From Raja brachyura (Eukaryota), in assembly GCA_963514005.1 (NCBI GenBank), contig OY740804.1:41912001-41976000 (forward strand): 64,000 bases of DNA, in the 5' to 3' direction. The notes under the pieces are model-generated. The model saw nothing but the letters and a program-made list of their open reading frames with translations, did no database searches and was not told the DNA's origin. The position numbers and the translations under genes are program-made. Shown one piece after another: positions 1-11,800 of the stretch. Every line of letters starts with the position of its first letter. Position 1 is the first letter of the stretch.

Positions 1-310
1 TGCCCATTCCCAATGGACACCAGCCTTTCCCACCCACCCTGCAATTCCCAATGGACTCCAGCCTTCCCATCCACCCACCCTGCACATTCCCAATGGACCC
101 CAGCCTTCCCACCCACCCACCCACCCTGCACATTCCCAATGGACTCCAGCCTTCCCAATCACCCACCCTGCACATTCCCAATGGACTCCAGCCCTCCCAT
201 CCACCCACCCTGCACATTCCCAATGGACTCCAGCCTTTCCCACCCACCCTGCACACTTCCAACAGACCCCAGCCTTTCCAATCCAACTCACCCTACACAT
301 TCCCAAAGGA
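1..310. repeat. Minisatellite, ~37-41 bp unit (CACCCACCCTGCACATTCCCAATGGACTCCAGCCTTTCC)
   Basis: About 7 imperfect tandem copies visible. Confidence 0.9.
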
Positions 311-656
311 CCATCCCTTTCATTTCTACCCTCCAGGATCCCTTCAGACCCAACCCCTTCCCATTTACTAACACTGACCCCATTCTCAACAGACTCCATT
401 CACTCCCACCATCCACACTCCCAATAGATCCCTTCCCTTCCCATTCACTGCCACTATGTATAATCCTAAGCAATCAAATCCTTCCTATTGCAAAACATTC
501 TCTCCCTCTGTACCCAGTACTATGAGTGGAGGGAGCTTCTGTCTCTAAACCCATGCCTTGGGAATGTTTGAAGGGACAGTGTAGATGGACCTTCATTCTG
601 CATTGAACGTCATAATGTTATCAATCTTAATGCATTCACAGGTTTGAGCTGAGGGA

Positions 657-1965
657 GAGACACAAAATGCTGAAGTAACATGGATTGCTGACATTCCGGG
701 CAAACAGGAGGGGCAGGACAGAGTATGGGTAGTAATCGGTGGGATGGGGGGAGGGGTGATAGGCAGATTGTTTGACAAAGGCCAGAGATGAAACAACAGG
801 AAAAACCCAATGGGTTGTGGATTGCGAAACTCCGTGGTGTTAAACTTACAGATTGGGCACCCATTGGAATGGATAGAGGGGGAGGGAGAGGGAGAGACAG
901 GTGAAAGGTCAATCAAGCTTCAGGGAGGGTGGGTGGGAATCGAGGGGATGAAGGTTATTTGTGCATAAGTTCTGTAAAATTGGAGTATTCAATGTTGGAA
1001 GCTATCCAGGCAGAATATGAGGTGCTGTTCCGTCTAGTAGCCTGTGGCCTCACTCTGACAATGGACGAGACCCAAGAAAGAAAGATCAGAATGGTAATGG
1101 GAAGGGCAGTTAAAATGGTTGGCACCCAGGAGATCCAGGCCTTGGTGGACAAAGCACGTATTGGGCAAAGTGGTCGCCAAGTCTACACTTGGTCTCACCG
1201 ATATACAGGACCCCACTTGGGGAACACCGGATGCAGTAGATGAGGTTAGAGGAGGTGCACATGAATCTCTGTCTCACCCTGAGATCCCTGGATGGAGATG
1301 AAGGAGGAAGTGTATGGACATGTGGTGAAGAGGGTGGTGAATCTGTGGAATCCATTGCCATAGACGGCTGTGTAGGCCAAGTCATTGGAAATGGAAAATG
1401 TGAAGATTCGTGATTAGTACAGGTGTCAAGGGTTATGGGAAAAAGGCAGGGGAATGTGGATGAGAGGGAAAGATATATCAGCCATGATTGAATGGCGGAG
1501 ATTCGATGGGCCCAATTCCTTAATTCTGCTCCTAATTATGAATTATGGTGTTAGATCTCCTGCATCGGCTGGGGAAAGTACCCGTGGAGGGGGTGGTTTG
1601 GGTGGGAAGGGATGAGTGAACCAAAGAGTTGTGGAAGGAGCAATTTCTGTCGAAGCCGAGATGGAAAGGTGTGACTTGTAGTGAGTCCATGGAAGTGACG
1701 GACATGTAGGAAATGCGGAGGCTGGTGGGGTGAAAGGTGATGACCAGGGGAGCCCTATCCCTGTTGTATCTCGGGGGGGGGGGGGGGGTGAAAGGGAAAC
1801 CACGGGGCAGGGGAGATGCGGGTAGGGATCCATCTATGACAGCCGGGGGGAAACCACCTTTATAAAGAATGAGGACATCTCGCATGAGGAATCGAAAACC
1901 TCATCTGGGGAGCAGGTGCGGTGGACACTGAGCAACTGAGAGCAGGGGATAGCGTCATTGCCAGA
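657..1965 (-). mobile_element. Penelope-like retroelement fragment (GIY-YIG endonuclease) interrupted by a CR1 3' fragment
   Basis: Minus-strand peptide VRQRFMCTSSNLIYCIRCS..LYIGETKCRLGDHFA and RDRAPLVITFHPTS; CR1 tail at ~1325-1545. Confidence 0.75.
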
Positions 1966-4381
1966 GGCTGAAGCCCGTCTGTTCCCCCGGGGCTCCAGAG
2001 AGATGTTGTGATGAACAGTGTTTAAAAATAGATGCGCAGCTACATACGGAATTACACATGCACAAACATGTATGTCTGTGCCTCCCTCAGATCATCCCCC
2101 TCCTCCCACCTTCCCACCCCTCGTCCGCCTCACAGTGGTCACCCTCACCCAGTCACTGCCACCTCCCTCTTCCTCCTTCTCTCCTCTCCCTCCATCCAGC
2201 ATTCTGCTCCATTCTCTCTCCATCCCTTCCACTCTTTCTTCTGTTCTCTGCCCCTGCGCGATGCTTCGCTCGTTATTTATCCGCATACACCCCACCTCCA
2301 GTCTCCAGTCTCAATCAGTCACAGCCTCATCCTTCGCTTCTCTCCCTCTCTCATTCCCCTCCCTGCCGCTCCATCCATCGCCTCCCCCCGCCGCCCCCTC
2401 TTCGCCAAGCGTTGCATCCTCTCTCCCAACTCGCCCCCGCCCTCTGCAGCACACACACACCGATTAAACAAGGACTCCGTCTCACCGGCTCCGGCGCTCA
2501 TCACCAGCAGCGCGGCGGCGACCAGCCCCGGCCCCAGCCCCGCCATCAGAGAGAGAGCCGCTCCGGCTGCAGCCTGGCCGGTGGATCAGTGGCTGCCGCC
2601 TGCGGCCGAGTAGCGCATCCCCGCACACCCACGCTAACCCTGTCCCTCCCCTCCCCGCCAGTCTCCTCCTCCCCGCCAGTCTCCTCCTTCCCCCTCTCCC
2701 CCTCCCCTCTCCTCGCCCTCTCATCCCCCCCTCTCCTCCGCCTCTGCCCCCTGCACACTGCCCCACCCTCTCTCCTCTTCCTCTCCCCTCTCCCTCTCCC
2801 TTTCTCTCTCTCTCTGTCCCCTCTCTCTCTGTCCCCTCTCTCTCTGCCCCCGCTCTCTCTGCCCCCTCCCTCCACCGCCCCCCTCCTTGTCTAGATGCGC
2901 CTGCAAGTGGGGGCTACGCGTCAGTGGATAGCGCGGGGATGGGGTAAAAGGAGCACAGGTTCTTGATTTGGGATGATTAGCCATGATCACAATGAATGGT
3001 GGCTCAAAGGGCCGAATGGCCTCCTCCTGCACCTATTTTCTATGTTTCTATAATATCAAGGGGGGTGGTTAGTATATGTGTGCGTGGTGGGTGGTCTGTG
3101 TGAGTGTGTGTTGGGGGGGGGGTGGGGGGGGGGTTAGTGCATGTGTGTGACGCCGCAGGTAACGGTACAAGTTTTCAATGTTCCAATAGATTTACAACTG
3201 TTTCCCTCTCTGTGCCTCTGTGTCCCTCTCTGTCCTCTGTATCCCTGTCTGTCCTCTGTATCCCTCTCTCTCTACCCCCTCCCTCTCTAGCCGTGACTGT
3301 GAGTTGGGGGTTATGCATGAGTGGATAGGGCAGGGATGGGGTAAAAGGAGCGAATAAATAATATTAATATAATATTAAGGGGGGTGGTTAGTGTATGTGT
3401 GTGACACTGCAGGCCCCCCCCCCCCCCCCCCACCGCAACCGCGCATTGAGGGGACGGGACCCAACTGGTCCCTCTTGTCTAGTAACCATTAAAAGTCCAA
3501 TATTTAACGCCTCGAAAACACGACGCATTAATGGTGAAATTTGTACATATTCCGATAGAGATTAACGCCATGATGTCAAAAATCGCCATATCTGAAAATT
3601 TGATGCATTAATTCCTGAGTTATTTATGAAAATGTTCAAAAAATCCAAATAACCTGGAAAATAAAGAGATGGTCTCGCTGATGACGTCACAATGGCTCTC
3701 CTCCTCGCAGCCTGCTCCACACGCGGCGAGGGATATCACCACCCTCCCCCTCCCTCCACCCTCACCCCCTCTCCTCCCCCTCTCCTCCACAACTCCTCCC
3801 CTCTCCTCCCACTCTCTCCCTCTCCCCCTCCTCCTCTCCTCCCCCGTTTCTCCTCCCCCTCGTATCTCCCCTCTCCCCTCTCCCCCCTCTCCTCCACAAC
3901 TCCTTTCCCTCTCCCCTCTCTTTGCCCCCTATCCCCCACTCTTCTCCCACCTGTCCCCATCCTCTCTTCTCCCCCCTCTCCTCTCACCCCCTCCTCTACC
4001 CCCTCTCCATCTCCCCCCACCCCTCTCTCCACCCCTCTCCCCCCTCCCTCCACCCCCCCCCCCCTCCCCTCTCCCTTACCCCCCTCCCTTACCCCCCACT
4101 CTCTGCCCCACTCTCTGCCCCTCTCTCTCCGTCTCTGCCCCTCTGTCTCTGCCCCCTCTCTCTCTCTCTGCCCTCTCTCTCTACCCCCCCCCACCCCTCT
4201 CTAGATGCTCCTGCGAGGTGGGGGCTATGCGTCAGTGGATAGGCCACAGGCCGCGCCCCCCCCCCCCCCCGCAACTGCGCATTGAGGGGACGGGACCCAA
4301 CAGGTCCTCCTTGGTCTAGTAACTATTAAACGTCTGATCTTGGATGTGTGTATATTCATGTATGTGAGTGTGAGTGTGATG

Positions 4382-4581
4382 NNNNNNNNNNNNNNNNNNN
4401 NNNNNNNNNNNNNNNNNNNNNNNNNNNNNNNNNNNNNNNNNNNNNNNNNNNNNNNNNNNNNNNNNNNNNNNNNNNNNNNNNNNNNNNNNNNNNNNNNNNN
4501 NNNNNNNNNNNNNNNNNNNNNNNNNNNNNNNNNNNNNNNNNNNNNNNNNNNNNNNNNNNNNNNNNNNNNNNNNNNNNNNNN
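4382..4581. other. Assembly gap
   Basis: Run of N. Confidence 1.
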
Positions 4582-5465
4582 GGGGGCTATGGGTGGGTGG
4601 ATAGGCGGGGACAGTGTAAAAGGAGCGAATTAATAATATTAATATAAAATCAAGGGGGATGGTTAGTGTGTGTGTGGGGGGGGGGGGGGGCGGGGTAGTG
4701 TGTGTGAGGGGGTGGTTAGTGTGTGTGAGCGGGTGGTTAGTGCACCGCAGCTCCCCCTCCAGCGCGTTGAGGGGACGGGACCCAATGGGTCCCCCTTAGT
4801 CCAGTAGTTATTAAAACTCTTATCTTGGATGTGTGTGATGTTCGTCTGCGTTTCACATCACCTTGAAAACACAACGCGGTAACGGTGAAAGGTTTATATA
4901 TTCCGATAGAGATTTACGCCATGATGTCAAAAATCGCGTTATCTGAAAAGGTGATGCATTATTTCTTGAGTTATTTATTTACATTTTTCACAAATCTGAA
5001 ATCTTTTTTAAAGTTAATGAGCTGATAACGTCATAATGGGTCTGCCCACATTGCCCGCTGCACACTGTTTTCCATGCGCCATCTGCTGCGCACTGTTTTC
5101 CATGCACTGCGAGTTGCGTACCCACCCTCTCTAGCTGCGCCTGCTTATGCGTGAGTGGATAGGGTGGGGGATGGGGGGGAGAGAGGGTGGAGGGGGGGGG
5201 CAGAGAGGGCGGGGGCAGAAAGGGAGGAGTGGATCGAGCGGGAGGGGGTGCAGAAAGGGAGGGGACACAGAGGGAGGGGGTAGAGGCAGCACCTATTGAG
5301 TTATAGAGCAGCAGCCTCCCCACCAGGCGCCGGGCCTGAGCAAGGCTGCGGGTGGGTGTTTACTCGAGCGAGACCCCCTTCCCCCCTCTCCTCCCCCTCT
5401 CTCCCCTCTCCTCTCCCCCCCTACCTGCTCTCCTCACCCCCTCTCCACCCCCACCTCTCCTCCCC

Positions 5466-5745
5466 TTATAAGGACTGGACAAGCTAGATGCAGGAAAAAT
5501 GTTCCCAATGTTTGGTGAGTCCAGAACCGGGGGCCACAGTCTTAGAATAAAGGGGAGGTCATTTAAGACTGAGCTGAGAAAAAACTTTTTCACCCAGAAA
5601 GTAGTGAATTTATGGAATTCCCTGCCACAGAGGACAGTGGAGGCCAAATCACTGGATGGATTTAAGAGGGAGTTGGATAGAGCTCTAGGGGCTAGTGGAG
5701 TCAAGGGATATGGGGAGAAGGCAGGCACGGGTTATTGATAGCGGT
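5466..5745 (+). mobile_element. CR1-type LINE 3' fragment
   Basis: Peptide FPMFGESRTGGHSLRIKG...FFTQKVVNLWNSLP, the CR1 ORF2 C-terminus. Confidence 0.85.
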
Positions 5746-6099
5746 TCTAAGTCAGATGCAGCCTCAGCTGTTTGCTGGCAGGTCGCGTTGCGATTGCTTT
5801 GATTTGTGACGTAGGTCTCTTCTGTTGGCCACCTGTAACTCTCCTCAACTACATCCTTCATTCAGGCAAGCGGCGTTAGAAACACTTCTCTCCTCGGAAA
5901 TCTACTGACTGTACTTTGGCGAAATCAAAACAGATTGCTGTGTAATAATGATGCTGCCTATGGGTAGTACTGTATGAGGCCACATTGCTGCCGGGAATTT
6001 AAATGCACCTTTAGATAAGATTCATGTGTTTCCACACTTCAGGAAAAGTGTAGAATTTTCAAGAGTCAAGAGTGTTCAATTGTCATTTAGACAGACAGA

Positions 6100-6385
6100 A
6101 CAATTACCATATAACCATATAACAATTACAGCACGGAAACAGGCCTTCTCGGCCCTTCCAGTCCGTGCCAACCATTTATTTTCCCCTAGTCCCTGCACTC
6201 AGACCATACCCCTCCATTCCCTTCCCGTCCATATACCTATCCACTTTACTTTTAAATGTTAAAATCGATCCTGCCTCCACCACTTCTGCTGGAAGATCAT
6301 TCCACACAGCCACCACTCTCTGAGTAAAGAAGATCCGCCTCATGTTACCCCTAAACTTCTGTCCCTTAATTCTCATGTCATGCCC
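6100..6385 (-). mobile_element. CR1-type LINE 3' fragment with (ATATGGTT)n tail
   Basis: MRIKGQKFRGNMRRIFFTQRVVAVWNDLP; AACCATAT repeats on plus strand. Confidence 0.85.
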
Positions 6386-7418
6386 TTACATCCTTAAATT
6401 CTTACTCGCTGCAGAATAATACACACAGATAACTACATAGAGTCATAGAGTGACAGTGATACAGTGTGGAAACAGGTCCTCTATCCAACTTGCCCACACC
6501 GGCCAACATGTCCCAACTATACTAGTCCCACCTACCTGCGCTTGGTCCATATCCCTCCAAACTTGTCCTATCCATGTACCCGTCTAACAGTTTCTTAAAC
6601 ATTGGGATAGTCCCACCACTCTTTGTGTAAAAAGGTTACCCCTCAGATTCCTGTTAAATCTTTTTCCCTTCACCTTGAACCTATGTCTTCTGGTCCTCAA
6701 TTCTCCAACTCTGGGCAAGACATTCTGTGCATCTACCCAATCTATTCTGCTCATACACCTCTATAAGATCACCCTTCATTCTCCTGCGCTCCAAGTAATA
6801 GAGACCCAGCCTTAACCCTCAGACCCTCTAGTCCTGGCAACATCCTCATAAATCTTCTCAGAACCCTTTCCAACATGACAATATCTTTCCAACTTGACAA
6901 TGGCGAGGGAGAGGTCACGACTCTCTGTCTGAGCTGGGAAACTACAGAATATTTAAGACTGAGGTGAGAAAAAACTTTTTTACCCAGAGAGTTGTGAATT
7001 TATGGAATTCCCTTCCACAGAGGGCAGTGGAGGCCAAATCACATGATGGATTTGAGAGAGAGTTGGATAGAGCTCTAGGGGCTAGTGGAGTCAAGGGATA
7101 TGGGGAGAATATCATATGGCAAGGGTTATTGATAGCGGACGATCAGCCATGATCACAATGAATGGCGGTGCTGGCTCAAAGTGCCGAATGGTCTCCTCCT
7201 GCACCTATTTTATATGTTTCTATGTTTCTATCAAGGGTGGGGTTAGTGTGTGTGTGTGACGCTGAAGGCCGCCGCCCCTCCCCCCCCCCCACCAACGGGT
7301 CCCACTTGGTTTAGTTACACAAAAATGGATCTTGGGCGCCATCTTAAAAATCAAACCTTTCTAGTGGTCTGACTGTGGTAGACTTTTGGTATGTTATTAA
7401 GCACATCTGATACGTTAT

Positions 7419-7927
7419 AACCATATAACCATATAACAATTACAGCACGGAAACAAGCCCTATCGGCCCTTCCAGTCCGTGCCGACCATTTATTTTCCCC
7501 TAGTCCCATCTACCTGCACTCAGACCATACCCCTCCATTCCCGTCCCGTCCATATACGTATCCACTTTACTTTTAAATGTTAAAATCGATCCTGCCTCCA
7601 CCACTTCTGCAGGAAGATCATTCCACACAGCCACCACTCTCTGAGTAAAGAGGTTCCCCCTCATGTTACCCCTGAACTTCTGTCCCTTAATTCTCATGTC
7701 ATGCCCTCTTGTTTGAAACTTCCCTACCCTCAATGGGAAAAGCTTATCCACGTCAACTCTGTCTATCCCTTTCATCATTTTAAAGACCTCAATCAAGTCC
7801 CCCCTTAACCTTCTGCGCTCCAAAGAATAAAGACCTAACTTGTTCAACGTTTCTCTGTAACTTAGTTGCTGGAACCCAGGCAACATTCTAGTAAATCTCC
7901 TCTGTACTCTCTCTATTTTGTTGACAA
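7419..7927 (-). mobile_element. CR1-type LINE 3' fragment
   Basis: KIERVQRRFTRMLPG...SLERRRLRGDLIEVFK; AACCATAT tail. Confidence 0.9.
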
Positions 7928-8282
7928 ACATTTCGTAGTTATTTTTTTAGGGAAAGGTGTTTTTTTGTCATATATGCAGCCATCTATTTCTCTCACCGCT
8001 GGGGCACCCTCTGTCTCCACTGGTGCACTCCCTCTCTCTCCTGCAGCACTTTCTCACCCCTGGAGCACTCTCTCTCTCCGCTGGTGCGCTCCCTCTCACT
8101 CTCCCTCGTGTTTCGCATCCCCCCTTTCGCTCTCACTGTCCCTCCGCCTGCTCCTCTTTATTCCCACTGCGGCATTCCCTCCCTGCCCCTGCCCCCTTCC
8201 TATGCCCTTCCCACAAAGTGGCGCTCCCTCACAACGCCTTCCATAGTGCGGCGCTCTTTCATCACCACATCCACAGAATGAC

Positions 8283-8652
8283 GCTCTCTAACCACTACCT
8301 CCAGTGTGGCACTCTCTCACTGCATCCACAAGGTGGCGCTCTCTAACCACTACCCCCAGTGTGGCACTCTCTCACTGCATCCACAAGGTGGCGCTCTCTA
8401 ACCACTACCTCCAGTGTGGCACTCTCTCACTGCATCCACAAGGTGGCGCTCTCTAACCACTACCCCCAGTGTGGCACTCTCTCACTGCATCCACAGGGTG
8501 GCGCTCTCTAACCACTACCCCCAGTGTGGCACTCTCTCACTGCATCCACAAGGTGGCGCTCTCTAACCACTACCTCCAGTGTGGCACTCTCTCACTGCAT
8601 CCACAGGGTGGCGCTCTCTAACCACTACCTCCAGTGTGGCACTCTCTCACTG
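8283..8652. repeat. 55-bp minisatellite (~6.5 copies) built from two related 27/28-bp halves
   Basis: CTCTAACCAC recurs at 8341, 8396 and 8451; unit is CTCTCTAACCACTACCTCCAGTGTGGCA + CTCTCTCACTGCATCCACAAGGTGGCG. Confidence 0.92.
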
Positions 8653-8890
8653 CAACCACAGTGCGCCGTTCTCTCACAACCCCTCCACTGTGCGAAGCAC
8701 TCTGACCGTCCCTTCCACAGTACGGCACTCCCTCACTACCCCTTCTACAATTGTTGCTCACTCACCGCACCTTGCACAGTGTGGCGCTCTTTCATCTTCC
8801 ACGATTTGCATGACAATTTCACAACTCAAATAAGTGCAAAGTAAGGATTTTTCTGGATAGAATTGACTCACCTTTGGAAGATAATGAGTT

Positions 8891-11800
8891 AATAGTAAGA
8901 TTAAATGAGTACTTACCAGTTCGAAGTTTGATCCTTATTTTATGAGGATTTATGTTAAGGGATTACGTGAAGAAGCCCCGCCATACTTCAAAGCAGCGGC
9001 GTGAAAACACAGAAAACAAATAGCCGAAGTAACATAGTAAGGTTTTAAAAAGACTAGAACTACCAGATGATCTCTTAGATTATGAGGGTGGGAGCGGAGG
9101 GCACGTAATCCCTCAATGTAACTCATCATAAAATAAGGATCAAACTTCGAACTGGTAAGTTCTCGTTTAATCTTACTATTTTACTTCGGAGTCACGTGAG
9201 TGACTATGTGAAGATTTCAAAGTTCTGTGGTTTCATGCCGTAGATGCACTCCATACGACAAACTGCTTCGGTTGACACAGTAGTGAATAAATAATATATT
9301 GAACATTGCTTCAAATATTCAATAACTATTTTAAATAATAATAACAAAAATCAGTAATAACCCCTCTATCCCAGGGGGAAATTACAAACAATTATATAAA
9401 ACAAAGCAAATGAAGTAAATGGAACCCAAAACCAGCAAGCCCAAACCGTGGCACTGACTGTCGATTCTCTAGACCATCCTGCGGCCGCGAGGATTTGGTC
9501 TAGCGGCACGTCCTGAGCCTTCGCCACTGATGTTGAAGCCGCCCTGGAGTGAGATTCAAATACATGAGTGCCGACTCCAGCATAATTGAGAACCTGTTTC
9601 AACCATCTAGAAATAGTTTGTACTGACACTCTTTATATGGCTTTTTGTGAGCAGTGTTGTCTCAGAACCTCTGAGACTCCTTGTTAACTCAAGATATTGG
9701 CTTAAGTGTTTAACTACACGTCAACAGGATATGCTTTAAACGTCACCTTGGTTCCTGCCATACCTGGCCTGCTTTGTTTGATTAAATCATAGACATAAAA
9801 TGTAATGTCATGTACAGACAAATGGATACAATTTATTCGTAACAATTGTAATGTTTGTACACGTTGTGCTGAAACCAGCGCTACTAGCATAACCACTTTA
9901 AGAGTTAATCTCTGCATAGACAATGATGTAATTGGAGCCCATTGCCAAAGCAGTGTGAGAACTATACTGATATCCCAGATTTCTGTATATCTAGGTTTAG
10001 GAGGGTTTTTAAAAAAAATTCTTCTCATAAATCGGTATAATAACGGATGACCCCCAATAAGTTGTTGTCCTGAGGACAAAGCACTCCGAGCACTGTTAAT
10101 ACCACTGTAACTCAAGTGCTTATCAAAATGCAATTTAGCAAGGAACTCCAACACATCACTTATGCTTGCAGTATGGTAAGATATATTTGATTGTACACAG
10201 AGCATCTCCCATTTCTTCATGTGAACCACATATTGTTTTTTAGTACTATTCCTCCAGGCTGCAGTGATAACCTCCATGGTCCTGTTCGACAATCCAAGGC
10301 CTTGGAATGGTCTGTTCAGAACCTGCAGACCAACAAATTGATACGGTCATGTAACGGGTGACTTTCTCCTGTAACCGGATGCACCAACAAATTACTGCAG
10401 GTGGGAATCATCATGAATGGCTGAACCATCATTCTGAGTACCAATGGGAACCATGGTTGTGTTGGGCAATCTGGGACCACCAGAACGCCTGTGGCGGAGT
10501 CACGCTCTATTTTGGTTAGACAGTTAGTAATCAGACAAAATGGTGGAAAAGCATAAAAGAATTAGTGCCCCCAATGTAACGAAAATGCATCCACAGCTAC
10601 TGCTCCTGGATCTGGCTCTCATGAAACATATTTAGGCAACTGGTGATTCAGTCTGGATGCAAACAGATCAATATCTGGCAACCCAAATCGAGTGACAATT
10701 GTTTGAAAAACTTTAGAATTCAACATCCATTCTAAATTGTCATTAAATTTTTGTGACCTATGGTCTGCCATCACATTGTCTACCCCTGGTAGATAGATGG
10801 CTGAAACCCAGATGTTTTTCAAAATACACCAATGCCATATAAGATTAGCCATGCTATCACATGAAACTGATCTTGCTCCTCCCATATGATTAATATATGT
10901 CACTCCCGTGGTGTTATCAATCTGGAGTTGAACGTGTAAATTATTCATTGTGGAGCAATATGCCTTTAACCCATAAAATGCCCCCAATAATTCCTTGTGT
11001 GTGTAGAATCAAACCTTCTTGTTCATTACATCTACCCCCACAGCTAGACTCAATGTCTGTAGCCCCCCATCCGAGAGCACTTACATCAGTCTGTAAAATC
11101 ATTGAAGGTTCCTGCACCAAAATGTTATTGGTAGCTTGACTAACATTAACAATCCACCACTGCAATTCTGCTAGAGCTGTGGTTGGTAACTGCATAAGCC
11201 GATCAAAATGGCCTGCAAGCTCTTTTAGTGCTTGTTCTCTTGCTCTTTGCAAATGTTAATAATGCAAAGGACCAAACTGTACTGCAGGGAAAGCTGCTAC
11301 CAATTTCCCAATGACCTTAGTGACTTCTCAGATGGAGGTATAAATTTTTTGTGTGAGGCAAGTACAGACATCAGCAATATCCACAACCTTGGCTGTTGGT
11401 AATGTTACTGCCATATCAACTGAATCAATAAGAAATCCCAAATACTCAATATTTTGGGTTGGCTGTAATTTAGACTTAGTTGGATGGACCAAAAATCCTA
11501 ATGTTTCAAACACATTTTTGGTTACTGCAACCGACTCCTCAGATGACTCTCTAGTGTTGCTGATAATTAAGATATCATCTAAATAAGCCATGGCAATGCG
11601 ATTATGGGCCCTCAATAACCCCAGCACAGGTTTTAACAATTTAGTAAATAGCCTAGGTGCTGAACTTAATCCATTAGGCAATGCTTTGTATTGCCACAGC
11701 TGTCCCATCCAATTAAATTTCAAGTACCTGCGATAATGAGCATGAATTGGCGCTGAATAATACGCATCTTGCAAATCAATAGTTGCCATATAACAACCTT

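Larger units (their letters stand above)
2885..7315 (+). mobile_element. Head-to-tail array of non-autonomous Helitron-like units with CR1 insertions
   Basis: GGGACC-loop-GGTCCC hairpin followed by CTAG/CCAG at 3479-3482, 4316-4319 and 4801-4804, with a degenerate copy at ~7291-7314. The first three are followed directly by a related TA..ATTAAA start; internal blocks are shared. Confidence 0.6.

Noticed and set aside
2018-4319. Long Pro/Ser/Leu- or Gly/Arg/Glu-rich ORFs
   Set aside because: Produced by C/T-rich low-complexity sequence that lacks stop codons.
8283-8652. CRISPR-like array
   Set aside because: Eukaryotic DNA; the units are contiguous with no unique spacers.
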